From assembly GCF_018350175.1 (NCBI RefSeq), contig NC_058368.1, positions 194,248,001 through 194,312,000 of the forward strand: a stretch of DNA of 64,000 nucleotides. The letters run 5' to 3'. Positions 12,071-25,010 of this stretch are shown one piece after another (position 1 is the stretch's first letter; every line of letters starts with the position of its first letter). Below the pieces are notes generated by a model. That model was given only the letters and a program-made list of their open reading frames with translations. It was not told the DNA's origin and made no database searches. Source of the stretch: Felis catus (taxonomy: Eukaryota). The position numbers and the translations under genes were made by a program.

Positions 12071-14238
12071 TCAGGAAAGTTGTTGTGACATGAGTAATTT
12101 TGTCTCTGGCATTGCTTTTATTCTTACAGCAATAGAACTTCTACTCACAAGAAGAGAACAAGCAGAGTGGCTATGGCCTATATTTGGCTTCTTTACCCAG
12201 AATCTGAAGGTACTTATGGATTGTTTACAACCTCTAATCCATTCTGCCTATTTCTTGGCCCTCCACTCATCATGGAAACCAGCTACAAACAGCTATTGTC
12301 CATCTATTTTATTTACCTCATTTCTTAGGGAGTTGATACTCACTTATTGGGCAATTTTTCAAAGCCACCAAGATTTTATTATCAGTATGCCATATGAGCT
12401 GATCTAAAAACCCAGAAAAGACATGTAATACCATGAATTCTAGTTTCACAACTGTCTACAAGCCTATGTTTTATAACGATAGAAAAAAACCTAACCAAGT
12501 CTGGTAGGCCATATTCTAAGTGAGATAGTTAGGGAAATTATTATTTTATGTGGGTATTTTTTTCACAGCAAATGATTAGAACAGTTATAATTTAGCTTTA
12601 ATAGTGTAGCTCTGCTAAAGAAACAAGCCTTTTGGCTATATACCCAAATATTTCTTATAGGCTGTTAAGACAACCAAGCATGTTCTACACTTTCTTCTTT
12701 GCATTGGGAAATTGCTTCTTAAATAAGAACACTGAAAATATGTATCCTGAGAGATTTTGTTATTCAGACAATGTAAATTCTTCTAATATGAATTTAAAAA
12801 CTGGATGAACATTAATGAAGGAACTATGTGAAAGTCCTGAATTGAACCGAAGGCTGATTTTTTTTCTCTTAAAACCCACACTTGTTCATCACTTGACATT
12901 TTACCCCTACCCTTTTAATTCTTGTGGTCTCCGAGTTTCTGTAATTGGCCTCTCAGATTTCCTATTTAGTGAAGGGTCTGAAGTATGCAGTATCCAAATT
13001 TGTGGCACGTCTGAAATGTTCAGTTTGGCTGTTTCAAAGAACCATCTGGATTGATTCAGCTGTGATGCATCTGGTTAGATTGGTTGTGGGCCAGGTTAAA
13101 AAAAATACACTGGATGGAATTGCCTTTCAAGAATCTGATCATTTTGCTTTAAATGCTTGGCCATAAAATCATAAATTAGGAAATAGTCTCAATGGGTAAA
13201 AATGCTTCAAAGAGTCATCTATTCTAGTCCTGACTTACTATTTAGGAAATTTTCCTTCACAACTAACCTAACATTTTCTTTCTACAATTAACAAAAAGCC
13301 ACATTGCTTTATTTAGCTTCAGCATGAAGAGTGAAGTCTTCTAGGCAATCCTGAAAAGTTGTAAATTATTTCCATAAAATTGTGATCACACAGATGAGTT
13401 TAGATTAATTGGGGATTTCAGGTAATTGATTGCAGGCTTAAAAACCTTCTTCTGACCAATGATTATTTGTATTGACAATTTTCCTCCAAAATGTCTGATT
13501 TCACTTTTGCGATACAGTAATTTTTACTCCTCTGTTTTTTAATAGTCTAATTTTTATCTGTGGTAAGTAGTTGCGTTGCATTTCACTGGACAATCTCAAG
13601 TGTTGGCACTCTCTAAAATGTAAAGGCTTACGAAGTCAACCATTATTCCACAGAGTATCTCAGTGACTTTTTAAGACATGTCCTCATACTTTCAGCCTCT
13701 TCTTAACAAAATTTGGCCTAAACAGAACACTGGGGACTGAATGGAACTCATCCAAGTAGAATAGGAATTCAGAATGGCACTTCTCCTTACAGATGACCTA
13801 TCACAGGGTACCTAGTCACCTGTTAACCTTCCTCTAAGAAAGGCACTCAAACCAGACCTGTTTTTCCCTCATCTTTGAAAACATCACCACTTCTATCCAT
13901 TTCTCAAGCCAAACCTGAGTTATTTTTTACTTTTTACCTCCTCTAGAACAGTCAATTCATCAGTAAGTCCTAACCCCACTGCCCCCAAATTATATCTCCA
14001 ATGTATCAACTTCTTATCAACTCCAGTGTAACCAGCCTTCAAAAGTGACCATTATCTCTCATGTGCAACAGTTTCCTGCCTGGATTCTCAGTTTTCATTT
14101 TTGTCTCTTTGTCTTCCATTATTTTTAGGCAAATAAAAACATCATAATCTTACATTCAGGGATCACCATCAAAGTTAACATCTTAGTATATGTGCCTATG
14201 GATCTTTTTCTATGCATGTATGTATACATGTGTAGTTA

Positions 14239-14394
14239 TTTTTAAGTTTATTTATTTATTTAGAGAGAGAGAGAATCCCAAGCAGGCTCCACACTGATAG
14301 CCCCATGTGGGACTCGAACTCACCAACCATGAGATCATGACCTGAGCCCAAATCAACAGTTGATGCTCAACTGACTGAGCCACCCAGGCACCCC
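14239..14394 (-). mobile_element. CAN-SINE (older type)
   Basis: Ends ctcaactgactgagccacccaggcacccc. Approximate TSD catgtgtagtt / catgtgttgtt. Confidence 0.92.
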
Positions 14395-15014
14395 TGCATG
14401 TGTTGTTTTTTAACCAAAGTAAGAACATAGTGTATACTATTTTTAACTTGTTTCTCGTTGATAATATTACCTCTATATTTCAGTAATTTAAAAAATTTCT
14501 CTAATGATCCCGAAATGTTTTTTACAGCTGTTTTTTTTTTTCTATTTCAGGATCATACTTTAATCCTACTTTTAATATAGCATAGTCCCTTTCTTATGTT
14601 TCTGGCTTATTGAAAAGACTAGACCAATTTTCTCAACATGCCTTTTTTTACAGAAAGGTCTGACCTCTTGTAAATGTAAATTAGATCAGTTGACTTTCTT
14701 TCTTAAACATATTAATGAATTCTCACTGCATGTAGAATGAAATCCAAATTCCTATTGCCTACAAGGCCTTATGATCTGCCTCTGCGCAACCTCACTGGTT
14801 TGGTCTTCTAGCCACTCTTTCTTCTTACTCACAAAGTACCAGCTGTATAGGGCTAAATCTCAGATCCTCAAAAACTTCAAGTTTTTCTTACCTCAACACC
14901 TTTGTACCTGCCCTCTTCTCTCGGATCTTACAGTTTTTCTCTCTCAGTTCAAATAGCATAGCTTCTGAGAGGTTTCTCCTGTTTTCCAATATAAAGTAGT
15001 CATCTTCCCCTATC

Positions 15015-15463
15015 TTTGGTGACTACAATAAACGCTGGCCTGTTTTCATGCACTTGTGTAATTCCCTCCCACACTGACTCTGGGCTTGACCATCTGTTGA
15101 TTTGGTCAATGGGACATTGAAAAACAGGACAATCATGTATGCTTGGGGAACACTTGCACACTGGGGTTTGTGCATTTAATATCCACCTAGTAATACTATT
15201 CTATTAAGCAGCTTGGGGAGGAATGCAAAATAATGACAAGGTAAAGAGAACCCAGAGAATGAGAGGTCATCTTGGGTGTTCGAGCCCCAAATGACCTCCC
15301 AGCTGACTGTGGTTGCACAAGTAATTTTGACTGTAGCACATGGAGGAGGAGAGTAACTTGGTTGAGTCCAGTCAACCTACCGATTCATGAGAATAAGCAA
15401 ATCATTGTTGCTCTAAGGCAGTGCATTTTCAGTAGTTTTTACACTGCACTTGAGAACTGAAAC
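15015..15463 (+). mobile_element. Old MaLR (MLT1-type) solo LTR inserted in L2
   Basis: ccctcccacactgactctgggcttgaccat...tttggtcaatgggac, and 3' end cattgttgctctaaggcagtgcattttcagtagtttttacactgca. Confidence 0.75.
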
Positions 15464-15729
15464 CAGTTCTTCTTCATTTTAGTGTACTTCATAGCATTTA
15501 TCACCACTTGATATAATCAGACATTCCTGTCCCCCTGATTATAGTCCATCTCCTACCATTGTAAGTTCCATAAAAACAAAAATTTTTCCAGATCATTTAC
15601 ATCATATGCACCTTCAGTGCCTATGACAGAGCCTGCCATCTCAGTAAAATGTGTTTAATGAATGAATAAATAAAAAGCTGCAAAACCTGAGAAAAGTTTG
15701 GGGAAAATGTATAAAAGACAAGCTAGACA

Positions 15730-15950
15730 GGGCTCCTGGGTGACTCAGGCAGTTAAGCGTCTGACTTCGGCTCGGGTCATGATCTCACGGTCCGTGAGTT
15801 CGCACCCCGCATTGGGCTCTGTGCTGACAGCTCAGAGCCTGGAGCCTGCTTCAGAGTCTGTGTCTTCCTCTCTCTCTGCCCCTCCCCCACTCGCACTCTG
15901 TCTCTGTCTCTTAAAAAAAAAGTGAATACAAGTTAAAAAAAAAAAAAAAA
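15730..15950 (+). mobile_element. Feliform CAN-SINE
   Basis: Full head, CT tract and A-tail. TSD core aaaagacaagc on both sides. Confidence 0.95.
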
Positions 15951-16575
15951 GACAAGCATATTCAAAGATCATCTAAGCCAATCTTTCCTGTTATTGGTGA
16001 GGAAAAGTAGTCCAGAGAAGAAAAGGTTAGAACAAGGCCTAAACAATAAGAAAGAATCTGCAAACCAAGTCTTCTAGAAAGCAAACCACTCAGATTAGGA
16101 ATCCCAGGCCCAAGAATACAAAAAGCTCTTTAAGTACTGAAAGTGTTACAAAAAAGTGATTTTAGACTGGAAGCATCTGGATTTGGAACTGTTTTTCCTG
16201 AATAGTCTGGAGTAGATCTGTATGGTGCTTGGGAAGGTACTCTTGGCCATATAACTACTCATTTTGTGCAACCTCTGGGCAGCCACGATTGTACATCTTG
16301 ACTCTAATTGCTTAGTAGTGACTTAGATCCCCACAGAAGCCTGGTCTCCCAACTCCTGCTATAGCACTTTTCCATGCCAACATCCTGTCCCCAAGCTGTG
16401 GTGGTGTTTTTGGTGGTTTTTTTTTTTTTAACCATGGTATTATCCAGGTTTGCTCTGTGACACTGATCCCCATAACTACATGGACAAACTTACCAGCCTC
16501 TATTCACTGTTTACAGTATGTCAGGACCTCTAAGTGGTTTTCATGAATTCTTTCATTTAAAATTCACAGCATCTC

Positions 16576-17253
16576 CTGGAGAGGATGTGGAGAAACGGGA
16601 ACCCTCTTGCACTGTTGGTGGGAATGCAAATTGGTGCAGCCGCTCTGGAAAGCAGTGTGGAGGTTCCTCAGAAAATTAAAAATAGACCTACCCTATGACC
16701 CAGCAATAGCACTGTATCCAAGGGATACAGGAGTACTGATGCATAGGGCCACTTGTACCCCAATGTTCATAGCAGCACTCTCAACAATAGCCAAATTATG
16801 GAAAGAGCCTAAATGTCCATCAACTGATGAATGGATAAAGAAATTGTGGTTTATATACACAATGGAATATTACGTGGCATTGAGAAAAAATGAAATATGG
16901 CCTTTTGTAGCAACGTGGATGGAACTGGAGAGTGTGATGCTAAGTGAAATAAGCCATACAGAAAAAGACAGATACCATATGGTTTCACTCTTATGTGGAT
17001 CCTGAGAAACTTAACAGGAACCCATGGGGGAGGGGAAGGAAAAAAAAAAAAGAGGTTAGAGTGGAAGAGAGCCAAAGCATAAGAGACTGTTAAAAACTGA
17101 GAACAAACTGAGGGTTGATGGGGGGTGGGAGGGAAGAGAGGGTGGGTGATGGGTATTGAGGAGGGCACCTTTTGGGATGAGCACTGGGTGTTGTATGGAA
17201 ACCAATTTGTCAATAAATTTCATATATAAAAAAAATAAAATAAAAAAATAAAA
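16576..17253 (+). mobile_element. Young 5'-truncated felid L1 inserted in a MIR
   Basis: Open ORF2 C-terminus ([14 protein letters not shown]..., 16607-17005), 3' UTR and A-rich tail. Perfect 18-bp TSD taaaattcacagcatctc at 16558-16575 and 17254-17271. Confidence 0.97.
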
Positions 17254-19834
17254 TAAAATTCACAGCATCTCTTAGAAGTCAATACTATTGTAGTTCCCAT
17301 GTACTGATGAATAAACTGTGCATCAAAAAATGTAGGTAATCTGTTAACAACTAAAATAAGTAAAGCAGTCCAGCTTCAAATCTCTATATGCCTATCTACA
17401 AATCTTAAAACCTACTGCCTCTTCTCTGTGATGCCTCAACCCTCATGGGCTTGTATGTGCCAACCTCGGTCCATTTCCCAACCCTGGATACCCCTTCACT
17501 GGGAGGTGCCTCATTTCTTTGAACCCAAATTTACTATCATGCTTAAACTGAGAATTTGTGGATTTTACTTGATATGTCACATCTCCCAAGTGGCTCAGGA
17601 ATAGTTCATGCCTTAACTCCCCCCAAAAGTATCTCATCTTACATATTTCAAATCTGCTGGCAGCCTAGTGAGGAATGTATTTTGGGATAGAGGAGCTCTA
17701 AGAGCTTGGCTATATGAAAGATAACTTCCCCCATATCTGTATTCTGGCATATTCTGCCCTGTGTAAATATTTAGTTATGTTTAAGAGTGGGAAACAGTCA
17801 TTTTATTTAGAACCTTAAGCTTAAGGAAACCCAAACACCATTTACTCCAGGATTTTTAGTAATATATCATTTTCCTCCCATCCTCTCATGCAAATGCAGC
17901 ACATAAAAGATAAGAATCATGGTTCTCTGATTTAAGGAAGTATGTGTATGTGTGGTAACTGTAGTGGTAAGGATAGGGAGAAATTAGCTATATCTGGCTC
18001 CTTGGCTTCCTGCTTTTGCCAGAAAATCTGAGGCTGAAGAAAGTGACTACTCAAGGCCATACAGTTTCCCAGACGACAATATAGTTTCCAGTAAGTGTTG
18101 GCAACTAGCACTTTGATGCTAAAATGCACAACGTAATTCAGTGTATGCGCTACATCTTTACCTGGGTAGTAGGCAGTGCTTTTTCCTTTCCTGCCTCTCC
18201 AAGAAAAGAATTGCTTCCCCCTTTTTTCCAGGCCCACCTCCCTGGATTCTCTCATGGTGCACACTGGTTGCTGCCTCCAGACTGGGTTGCCTAGCAACCA
18301 AGCTCTGCAGGCTTCGTAATAGACAAAGGCTTTTCCTTCTAGTCCAACTGCTGTGCTAATGCTCATTGTTGACAAGGGAACAACTCCCTACTGAACACAC
18401 TCTGTAATATGGAGGCAGATTTGGGGACATGGTACCAGGAGCTATGGACATCTCTCCTAAACGGGAAGGCGAATACAAGTTTGAGGGCCAACTTAGTTTA
18501 CTGCACGGACTATTTCATACATTGATAGATGACTATGCATGCATTTCTACTTGATGACTCACCAAAATTGTATTATAGAAGGCATTTTGTCACAGTGGAA
18601 TCTGAATTCAGAGAACCATTCATATCACCATCTTCTTGGCCCATAAAACCGACAAAGAAATTATCTGATATTGCAAGGTACACAACCACACAGTTAGAAA
18701 TTATTTCATGCCTATCAACTAAGTGTCTCAGATGTAAACTCCATTTAACTAGAAGCACTTGAATTCATAGAACACTTTCAAATCCTTTTCACTGGATCCT
18801 AACATTGAGCAACCATCAAGGTAGGCAGAACATGAAATGGTATTTTCACGTAACTGAATGATGAGGTGACTAACCCAATGGTAGAGATAAGGAGACAAAG
18901 ATTATTCTTTAAAACCGGTTCTTCAGAGTCTTCTGGCTCCAGGTACTTGTTCAGCTCTGGGACAGATGCATCTTCGTATGTAAAACGACTTTATATGTAT
19001 AGCTTGCTTGTTGCAAAAGGAGGGCAGAAGGTCACTTTCTAAATTGCTAAATAAGCTTGGAGAAATGTAACAACTTATTATGCAGTATTCAGCAAAGCTG
19101 TGACCCTCTTATCTTTCTGAATCAAGGCAATCAGCCATTAAACACTATATTACTGATGTCTCCATAGTGTTATTCTCAGATGGCATGTGAATGCATGTAG
19201 AAAGATATGCAAGCAACCAAATTTTAAATATAGATTGGCAAAATGCAATTAAATACACGCCACTATTGAATATGGCAGGATTTCATAACCTTTTTTGTTT
19301 CCTAGGAAAAAGCAAGATAATCAACTTAATGATCATAGCAATTGTGTCTATTTTCCTTGGCTTTGTGTCTTTTATATGCCTCACAGAGCCTGGCATATAG
19401 AAGTCTTAAATATTTATAGAACTAAAGACTAAAGAAAAAATAAGAAACCAGTATGTTACCCATTATAGCAGAAAGATCCTGTGTTCCAGTTCCTACCTCA
19501 TATCATCCAGTTAGACCTTAGGTTCAAAATCAGGAAGATTCTTCTCACATTTTAGTATTGCTAAAATTTTGCAATGTTTTCCAGTGGAAAAATAAAAGAT
19601 CTTTCCTTTGAAATAACACCAGACACCCAACTGTAAGTCCAGACCCATTCAGATAGAAATTCAGATAGAAAACATAAAGATTCAACTAAATCAGAATTTC
19701 CCTTCTTACCCTCAGTATCTTAATTCTTCTTCTCACATTCATTAGTATTCCATCTTTGAACACAATGATCATCAGATGTTTTGCTTACCTAGTTCTATAA
19801 TCCATTATTTTTAAGACAAGTTTATTATAGCACA

Positions 19835-20070
19835 TACAGCATACTAATCAAAAGTGTAAAATTTGGACTCAGAATGACCTAGGTAAAAGGCCTCTCTTCC
19901 TAATGGCTGTGTGACCTTTGGGTATCTTTGAACCAGTTTTATTATAAGCAAAATGGGAATTATAGCACTTTATGTCAGTGCAGTGGTAGGTAGATATTTA
20001 ATAAGATACATCATGTAAGAATTTTTGCTTGGACCTAGCATATAGGGCTCAATAAGTGTTAGTCATTAAA
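19835..20070 (+). mobile_element. MIR
   Basis: ggctgtgtgacctttggg...aaaatgggaattatagcac...gctcaataagtgttagtcatta. Confidence 0.8.
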
Positions 20071-20734
20071 TGATAAAAAAATAATAGTGATTTAAATAAG
20101 TAAATATTTGGCTTTATATTGAATTATTTTTTGAGGGGTCCACATTCTTTCAAGGCCCAAGATGCCCCAAACTTTTCAAATCAACACAAAGAAAGAGTTC
20201 CTAATATATTTCCAAGAAATGTGTTCAAATAGCATTTAACAAGACTTTGTACTCTTCTAGGACCAGGGAGGAATTCTAGAGAAGCAGCAAGCTAGACCTT
20301 TTCCATGAAGGGATTTGCTGTTGGTACCCTACTATCTCCCTTCTCTTCCCACCTCCACCACCTGGAAGGAGGAATTATTCAGTACACCCTGTTCCCACTC
20401 CTCCCTATGCTGGATAGAAATGCACCATGTTTTTCCATCACATGCTAGATTTTTCTGACACCATCTGTTCTCATAAGCCCACGGCACACAGTTTGCCTTG
20501 CTGTCACAACTCTATTTGAAAATGTCGAGAAGAAATGTGATGAATGATTCTGAGGAATGTTGTTTACCTACCCACCAACCACCATTGAGTTGTAGGGATT
20601 TGGGACTGGATAAAATACTGAGATCCTAGGATTAGCCCTACTAATACCTCACAGAGTTTGAATGAAAGAGAAAAGAGCTGATTGCAAAGATTTTCAACCC
20701 AGTGAGGACCCGTTGCTACAGATCAGGCCTTAGC

Positions 20735-20980
20735 TCTTATTTATGAAGTCCTAGTTTCCACTACTATGTTAACCACCTTCCACACATAACACAATCCTCA
20801 ACACCCTAACAAGACAGAAGATGCTGGTTATCATCCACCTGCATGGTTGAGAAACTAGAGGTGTGGAAGAATGAGTTAATCTCCTTACACTCATACAGCT
20901 AGCAAATGGCAGAGTTGAAATATGAATCCAAGTTGTCTGTCTCTAGACTCTCTGTCCTTGACCAATGTATATAATGCCTC
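20735..20980 (-). mobile_element. MIR
   Basis: aatcctcaacaccct...gagaaactagagg...cagctagcaaatggcagagttgaaatatgaatccaag. Confidence 0.75.
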
Positions 20981-21226
20981 CTACAGGAACAGTAAACTAA
21001 GAACCAGTTGGCTTGCACTCTCTGGTTCCACCTTTAAGAAGATGCCATATCCTGGAATTACAGTTTTATTTTGACATTATTATAACCCTAAAGTGTAAGG
21101 AAGTTCATTAAGGGCAGAGACCATGAAATACTTACATCTACACTCACATACACATTCACACCACCTTTAATCATGCATAGTAGGTGCTCTGTAATATCAC
21201 TGATTTATCAAATAGAGACCACTAAC

Positions 21227-21347
21227 CAGGGTGATCAAATAATTTATCACCCAAATCAGGGTATGTTTGAGGGGGAAAGGAGTCCTTCTACAACAACAAC
21301 TATAAATTGAGATCATCCTACACAAATTAGATCACATGTTTAATCTA
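21227..21347. mobile_element. MER94-like hAT-Blackjack MITE
   Basis: cagggtgatcaaataatttatcacccaaatcaggg...atgtttaatcta resembles the recalled MER94 consensus. Confidence 0.65.
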
Positions 21348-21989
21348 GTTATAACCTCTGTTAATCTATTCAATGTTATGAGCTCCCTCTGAGATTAAGA
21401 TTAGAGACAGCCTTTGAAACTGCAACACCCAAAAAACGGAGCCATCTATCCTAAACACAAACCCAGAAACAGAGACTATAAAAAAGACAACCTGGATGTC
21501 ACCCTGATTTTGCTTTCCCTTTTATAAATGTGTTTGTGATTTTTTTTCCCACTCCTCAGCAGATGCTACCTGATTTGTGCTCTGGCTAATGTCACTCTCG
21601 TCAAAAGCATTGCCAAACGCAATGAGGTGCGACTGACACCAGGAAAGATGATGAGCAAGGAGAATGGCAGCTGGCTGCATTTCCTTCTTGTAGAATTTTA
21701 ATGAATCAAGGAGCATTCTGATAGAGTACATCTGTACATGCTAGAAGCAAAGCAGAATGCTCTCGATCCAAACTCTGAGATCTGCAAACTCTCAAGTAGG
21801 CCCCACCCTCATGACAGGGCTGGATGGGTCCTGAATGGAGGGTGAGGATTGAAAAATACATACAACAGCTGCAGAGTCATAAGAAAAATGGCAGAGAAGT
21901 TGTTACAAAACTGGAGTTCTCTCTCACTCTGGGCTACTCTCCAGTTCTCTGACTTAGGCAAACTCCTTGTCTTAACTACAAATCTATTA

Positions 21990-22700
21990 ATAGTAATAAT
22001 TAAAGCTACTTTAAGCAAAAGCAAGAAAACAATTGGTTTATCTCAAGGATCCACAGGCATTTCATGGAAGCCAAGGGCAGGAACACAGCAGGGTCTCAGA
22101 AGCACCATAAATCTAGGAAGGGACCTCGTTTCTTCTTTAATTATTGTTTTTTGTTTCTGTGAATTTGCTTCTCTCTCTTCTCTATCCATCTTTATTCTCC
22201 CCCCCCCCCCTCTAGTTTTCTGATGGAAGACAGAATAACCCAGGTTTTTATGGTGTCAGTAGCCACAAGGAAAGACTAATTCTCAATTCTTATTCTCTTT
22301 TCCATGTCTGATTCCCAGCCTAGTATCTGATTGGCTTAGCTAGTGTCAGGTGTCTTTCCCAGGCTCAAAAGCATAAAAAGAGTATTCATCAATTTAAAAA
22401 AAAAATTTTAACGTTTATTTATTTTTGAGACAGAGAGAGACAGAGCATGAACGGGGGAGGGGCAGAGAGAGAGGGAGACACAGAATCCGAAGCAGACTCC
22501 AGGCTCTGAGCCATCAGCCCAGAGCCCGACGTGGGGCTCAAACTCACGGACCGTGAAATCGTGACCTGAGCTGAAGTCTGATGTCTAACTGACTGAGCCA
22601 CCCAGGCGCCCCAACATCAATTTTAGATATCATGCTTGGGATCCATTCCTCTGACTCAATAGAAGACAGATTCATCCCCATTGCAGAAGAACTTTGTGAG
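21990..22700 (-). mobile_element. Ancient MLT1K/L-like LTR remnant, interrupted by a SINE
   Basis: ctactttaagcaaaa...; tctgattggcttagctagtgtcaggtgtc motifs. Weak similarity. Confidence 0.45.
22396..22612 (-). mobile_element. Felid CAN-SINE
   Basis: Full-length antisense copy ending gagccacccaggcgcccc. TSD core catcaattt. Confidence 0.96.
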
Positions 22701-23337
22701 TGGAGACATTTTCAAAGGTGTCCATTCACTTGTGTACCCGTGTTCCCTCAAAAGTAAAATCCAACTTCTCTCCCCTCATGTGGTTATATCTTAAATGATA
22801 CTACATACAAGGGAAAAATTGTGGAATGAAAAGGGCTTTACATCGGTCAGGCACTAGCTTTAAACATGAATGACCCTGTAAGTCAGATGCAAAGCAATCA
22901 TAGATAAGCCTATATATTCTAACTTCCCAAGTTGTAGTCCTCCTTCCACAGATAACTGGTAGGTCAATGTCACTGCCAGAAAAGAAGAAAAAGTTTCCTC
23001 ATTTGAATCTTGTGGGCATAGAGTTCACTCTCAAGTGAAAACCCTCTGCTTCTCTAGATTTATAATTAATGCATTTATTTGCATTATGTAAATGGTACCT
23101 TCTATAAATTCATATTAATAGTTATCATTAATAAACTCAGTTGCTATTTCTCTGAGCTCTGAGATGCTTAATTATTAGAATTGTAAACACAACATAAGGG
23201 GTACAGAAAGCATTAATATTTAGAAATACTGACAGATTTTGTTCATGACCTGCCATGATTATTAATATTACTATAAATTTTGCCAGGGCAGCTTGTCAGC
23301 ATGAGTACTAAGTATGAAGCAAGGAAGAATCCATTAC

Positions 23338-23365
23338 CCAGAGCCGAATTCTCGACGAAATGCCA
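23338..23365 (-). other. Candidate 28-nt microexon of an unidentified minus-strand gene
   Basis: Minus strand reads gtgttcttttcttttgtag|TGGCATTTCGTCGAGAATTCGGCTCTGG|gtaatg. Three CpGs are retained, flanks are largely unique, and all three frames are open. Confidence 0.45.
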
Positions 23366-23963
23366 CTACAAAAGAAAAGAACACACATCTCACTCAAGCC
23401 TTAAGATAACAGTCAAGCAAACAACAGATCTTTACTAAGGCCTGTCATGGGTCAAGACTCAACAATGTCGGGGGTTAGGACAGGGCTAGGGTGTGAAATA
23501 ATATTTTTGCAGTCTTTATTCATAGACCCTTCCACATATGTCTGATCTGGACCTTCCTTTCCAACCCTCTATAGAAATGACTTAATGAAAAAAAACATCA
23601 AATTCCTTACCATTAAAGGAGGCATAATTAAAATATCTGCCCTGCCTAACTCGACTTGGCAGGGAGGGAATATTTTGTCACTGAGCCACAGAGAAGAGTT
23701 GAAATTCAGGGTTTCAAGCATTGTTTACCCAAGAAAGCTTGAAGTCACATAAACCCTGTGTAAACATGAGCCATCTTACTTAGAACCACAGAAACAAGAT
23801 CCATCACATGATGCTCTCGACAGGTAAAAATACAAGGAGGCTCTTACTGCAAAGATGGTGCCATCTGACAGGGTAAAATTTGAGATGAAGGAAAAGGGAC
23901 AGAGACTAGAGAAAGGGGACATAAAGGGAGAAAGGAAACAAAAGAGAACATTCAGGCAGAGTT

Positions 23964-24126
23964 TATATATATATACATATATATATATATATGTATATAT
24001 ATATACATATATATGTGTGTATATATATATGTATATATATATGTGTGTATATATATGTATATATATATGTGTATATATATATGTATATATATATATATAC
24101 ATATACACACACACACACACACACAC
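23964..24126. repeat. Compound (TA)n/(TG)/(CA)n microsatellite
   Basis: Read directly. Explains the YIYI/THTH ORFs at 23776-24359. Confidence 0.97.
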
Positions 24127-24819
24127 AATCTCCTCATATTCCTCAATATGTACAACGCATGTGTCCACACACACACATAAAAATATTCCCACAAATCACA
24201 CACACACACACAAACACTCCCCCCACCTTGCAGATTTTGTTTCATACACAAGAGTATCAACAGCATTTTAGCAAAGCTGTCTGAAACAAATGCAGAAATG
24301 AAGCACACAAATACTTTAAAGACAGACATAGGGACAGAGGCTGTCTGACCAAGACTCAATCAGAAAAACAGGAAGACCTAACTACAAATGCCAGTAGAAA
24401 GGTCAGCATGACTGACTCCTGCTTCCTTAAAGCAGTTGGTAATTTTTTCTATATTACTGTCGATAGAATTAAAGATAGAAGAAATTCAGGTTAATGGCTG
24501 AGTGCTCTCATTAGCCAATCGATTGGTGATCATTTTGGAAAGAATATTTAAGTGGCATATTTACCAAATGGTCCTACTCAAATGCTAACTAAAATAGAAA
24601 GTTATAAAAACATAAGTCACTATACTTGTTGATCCATCTACCCAAATGCACACAGGAATCAACTGAGACACAAATATACAAACACACACTTGAACATCTG
24701 TAATTATCAAATATATCGCTCCAAATGCCCACATGTAGCTTTGAGTTGTTAAATAAGCTTTTAGTTGTATGTGCGAAATGGTACTGCATAAAGGAAAGGG
24801 CAACTAAGTTCACTTGAGA

Positions 24820-25010
24820 GCCACCATTTATTAAGAACCAACTATGTGCAGACACTATTTCAAAATTCTTCACATTATCTTATTAAAACCTTACAACATT
24901 TCTGTAGTGTAGGTACTATTATCTCCATTTTGTGTATGCCCCTGAAAAAGGGGCAGAGCTTGAATGTGAACCTAGGTGGTCTAGTTCTAGAATATTATAC
25001 TAAAATAAGG
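24820..25010 (-). mobile_element. MIR
   Basis: ccatttattaagaaccaactatgtgcagacact...gtaggtactattatctccattttg. Confidence 0.8.

Larger units (their letters stand above)
13840..15670 (+). mobile_element. L2 3' region in three pieces (about 13840-14110, 14650-15012, 15465-15670), split by younger inserts
   Basis: ctcaagccaaacctgag; aaatgtaaattagatcagttgact...agaatgaaatccaaattcct...gcctacaaggcc; terminal gtgcctatgacagagcctgcc...aatgaatgaataaat. Confidence 0.8.

Noticed and set aside
12160..12820. Possible antisense CR1/L3 remnant
   Set aside because: Similarity is too weak to support by eye.
16607..17005. 132-aa open frame
   Set aside because: C-terminus of L1 ORF2 in a 5'-truncated copy with no promoter or ATG start. 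Not a host gene.
17932..18375. 147-aa minus-strand ORF
   Set aside because: Non-ATG start, no recognisable domain and no convincing flanking splice sites.
23630..23676. Hairpin aaaatat..ccctgcc..ggcaggg..atatttt (pre-miRNA?)
   Set aside because: The stem is short and bulged, and the left arm resembles a MIR core fragment.
23776..24359. Several 97-138 aa ORFs
   Set aside because: Translations of the TA/CA microsatellite.
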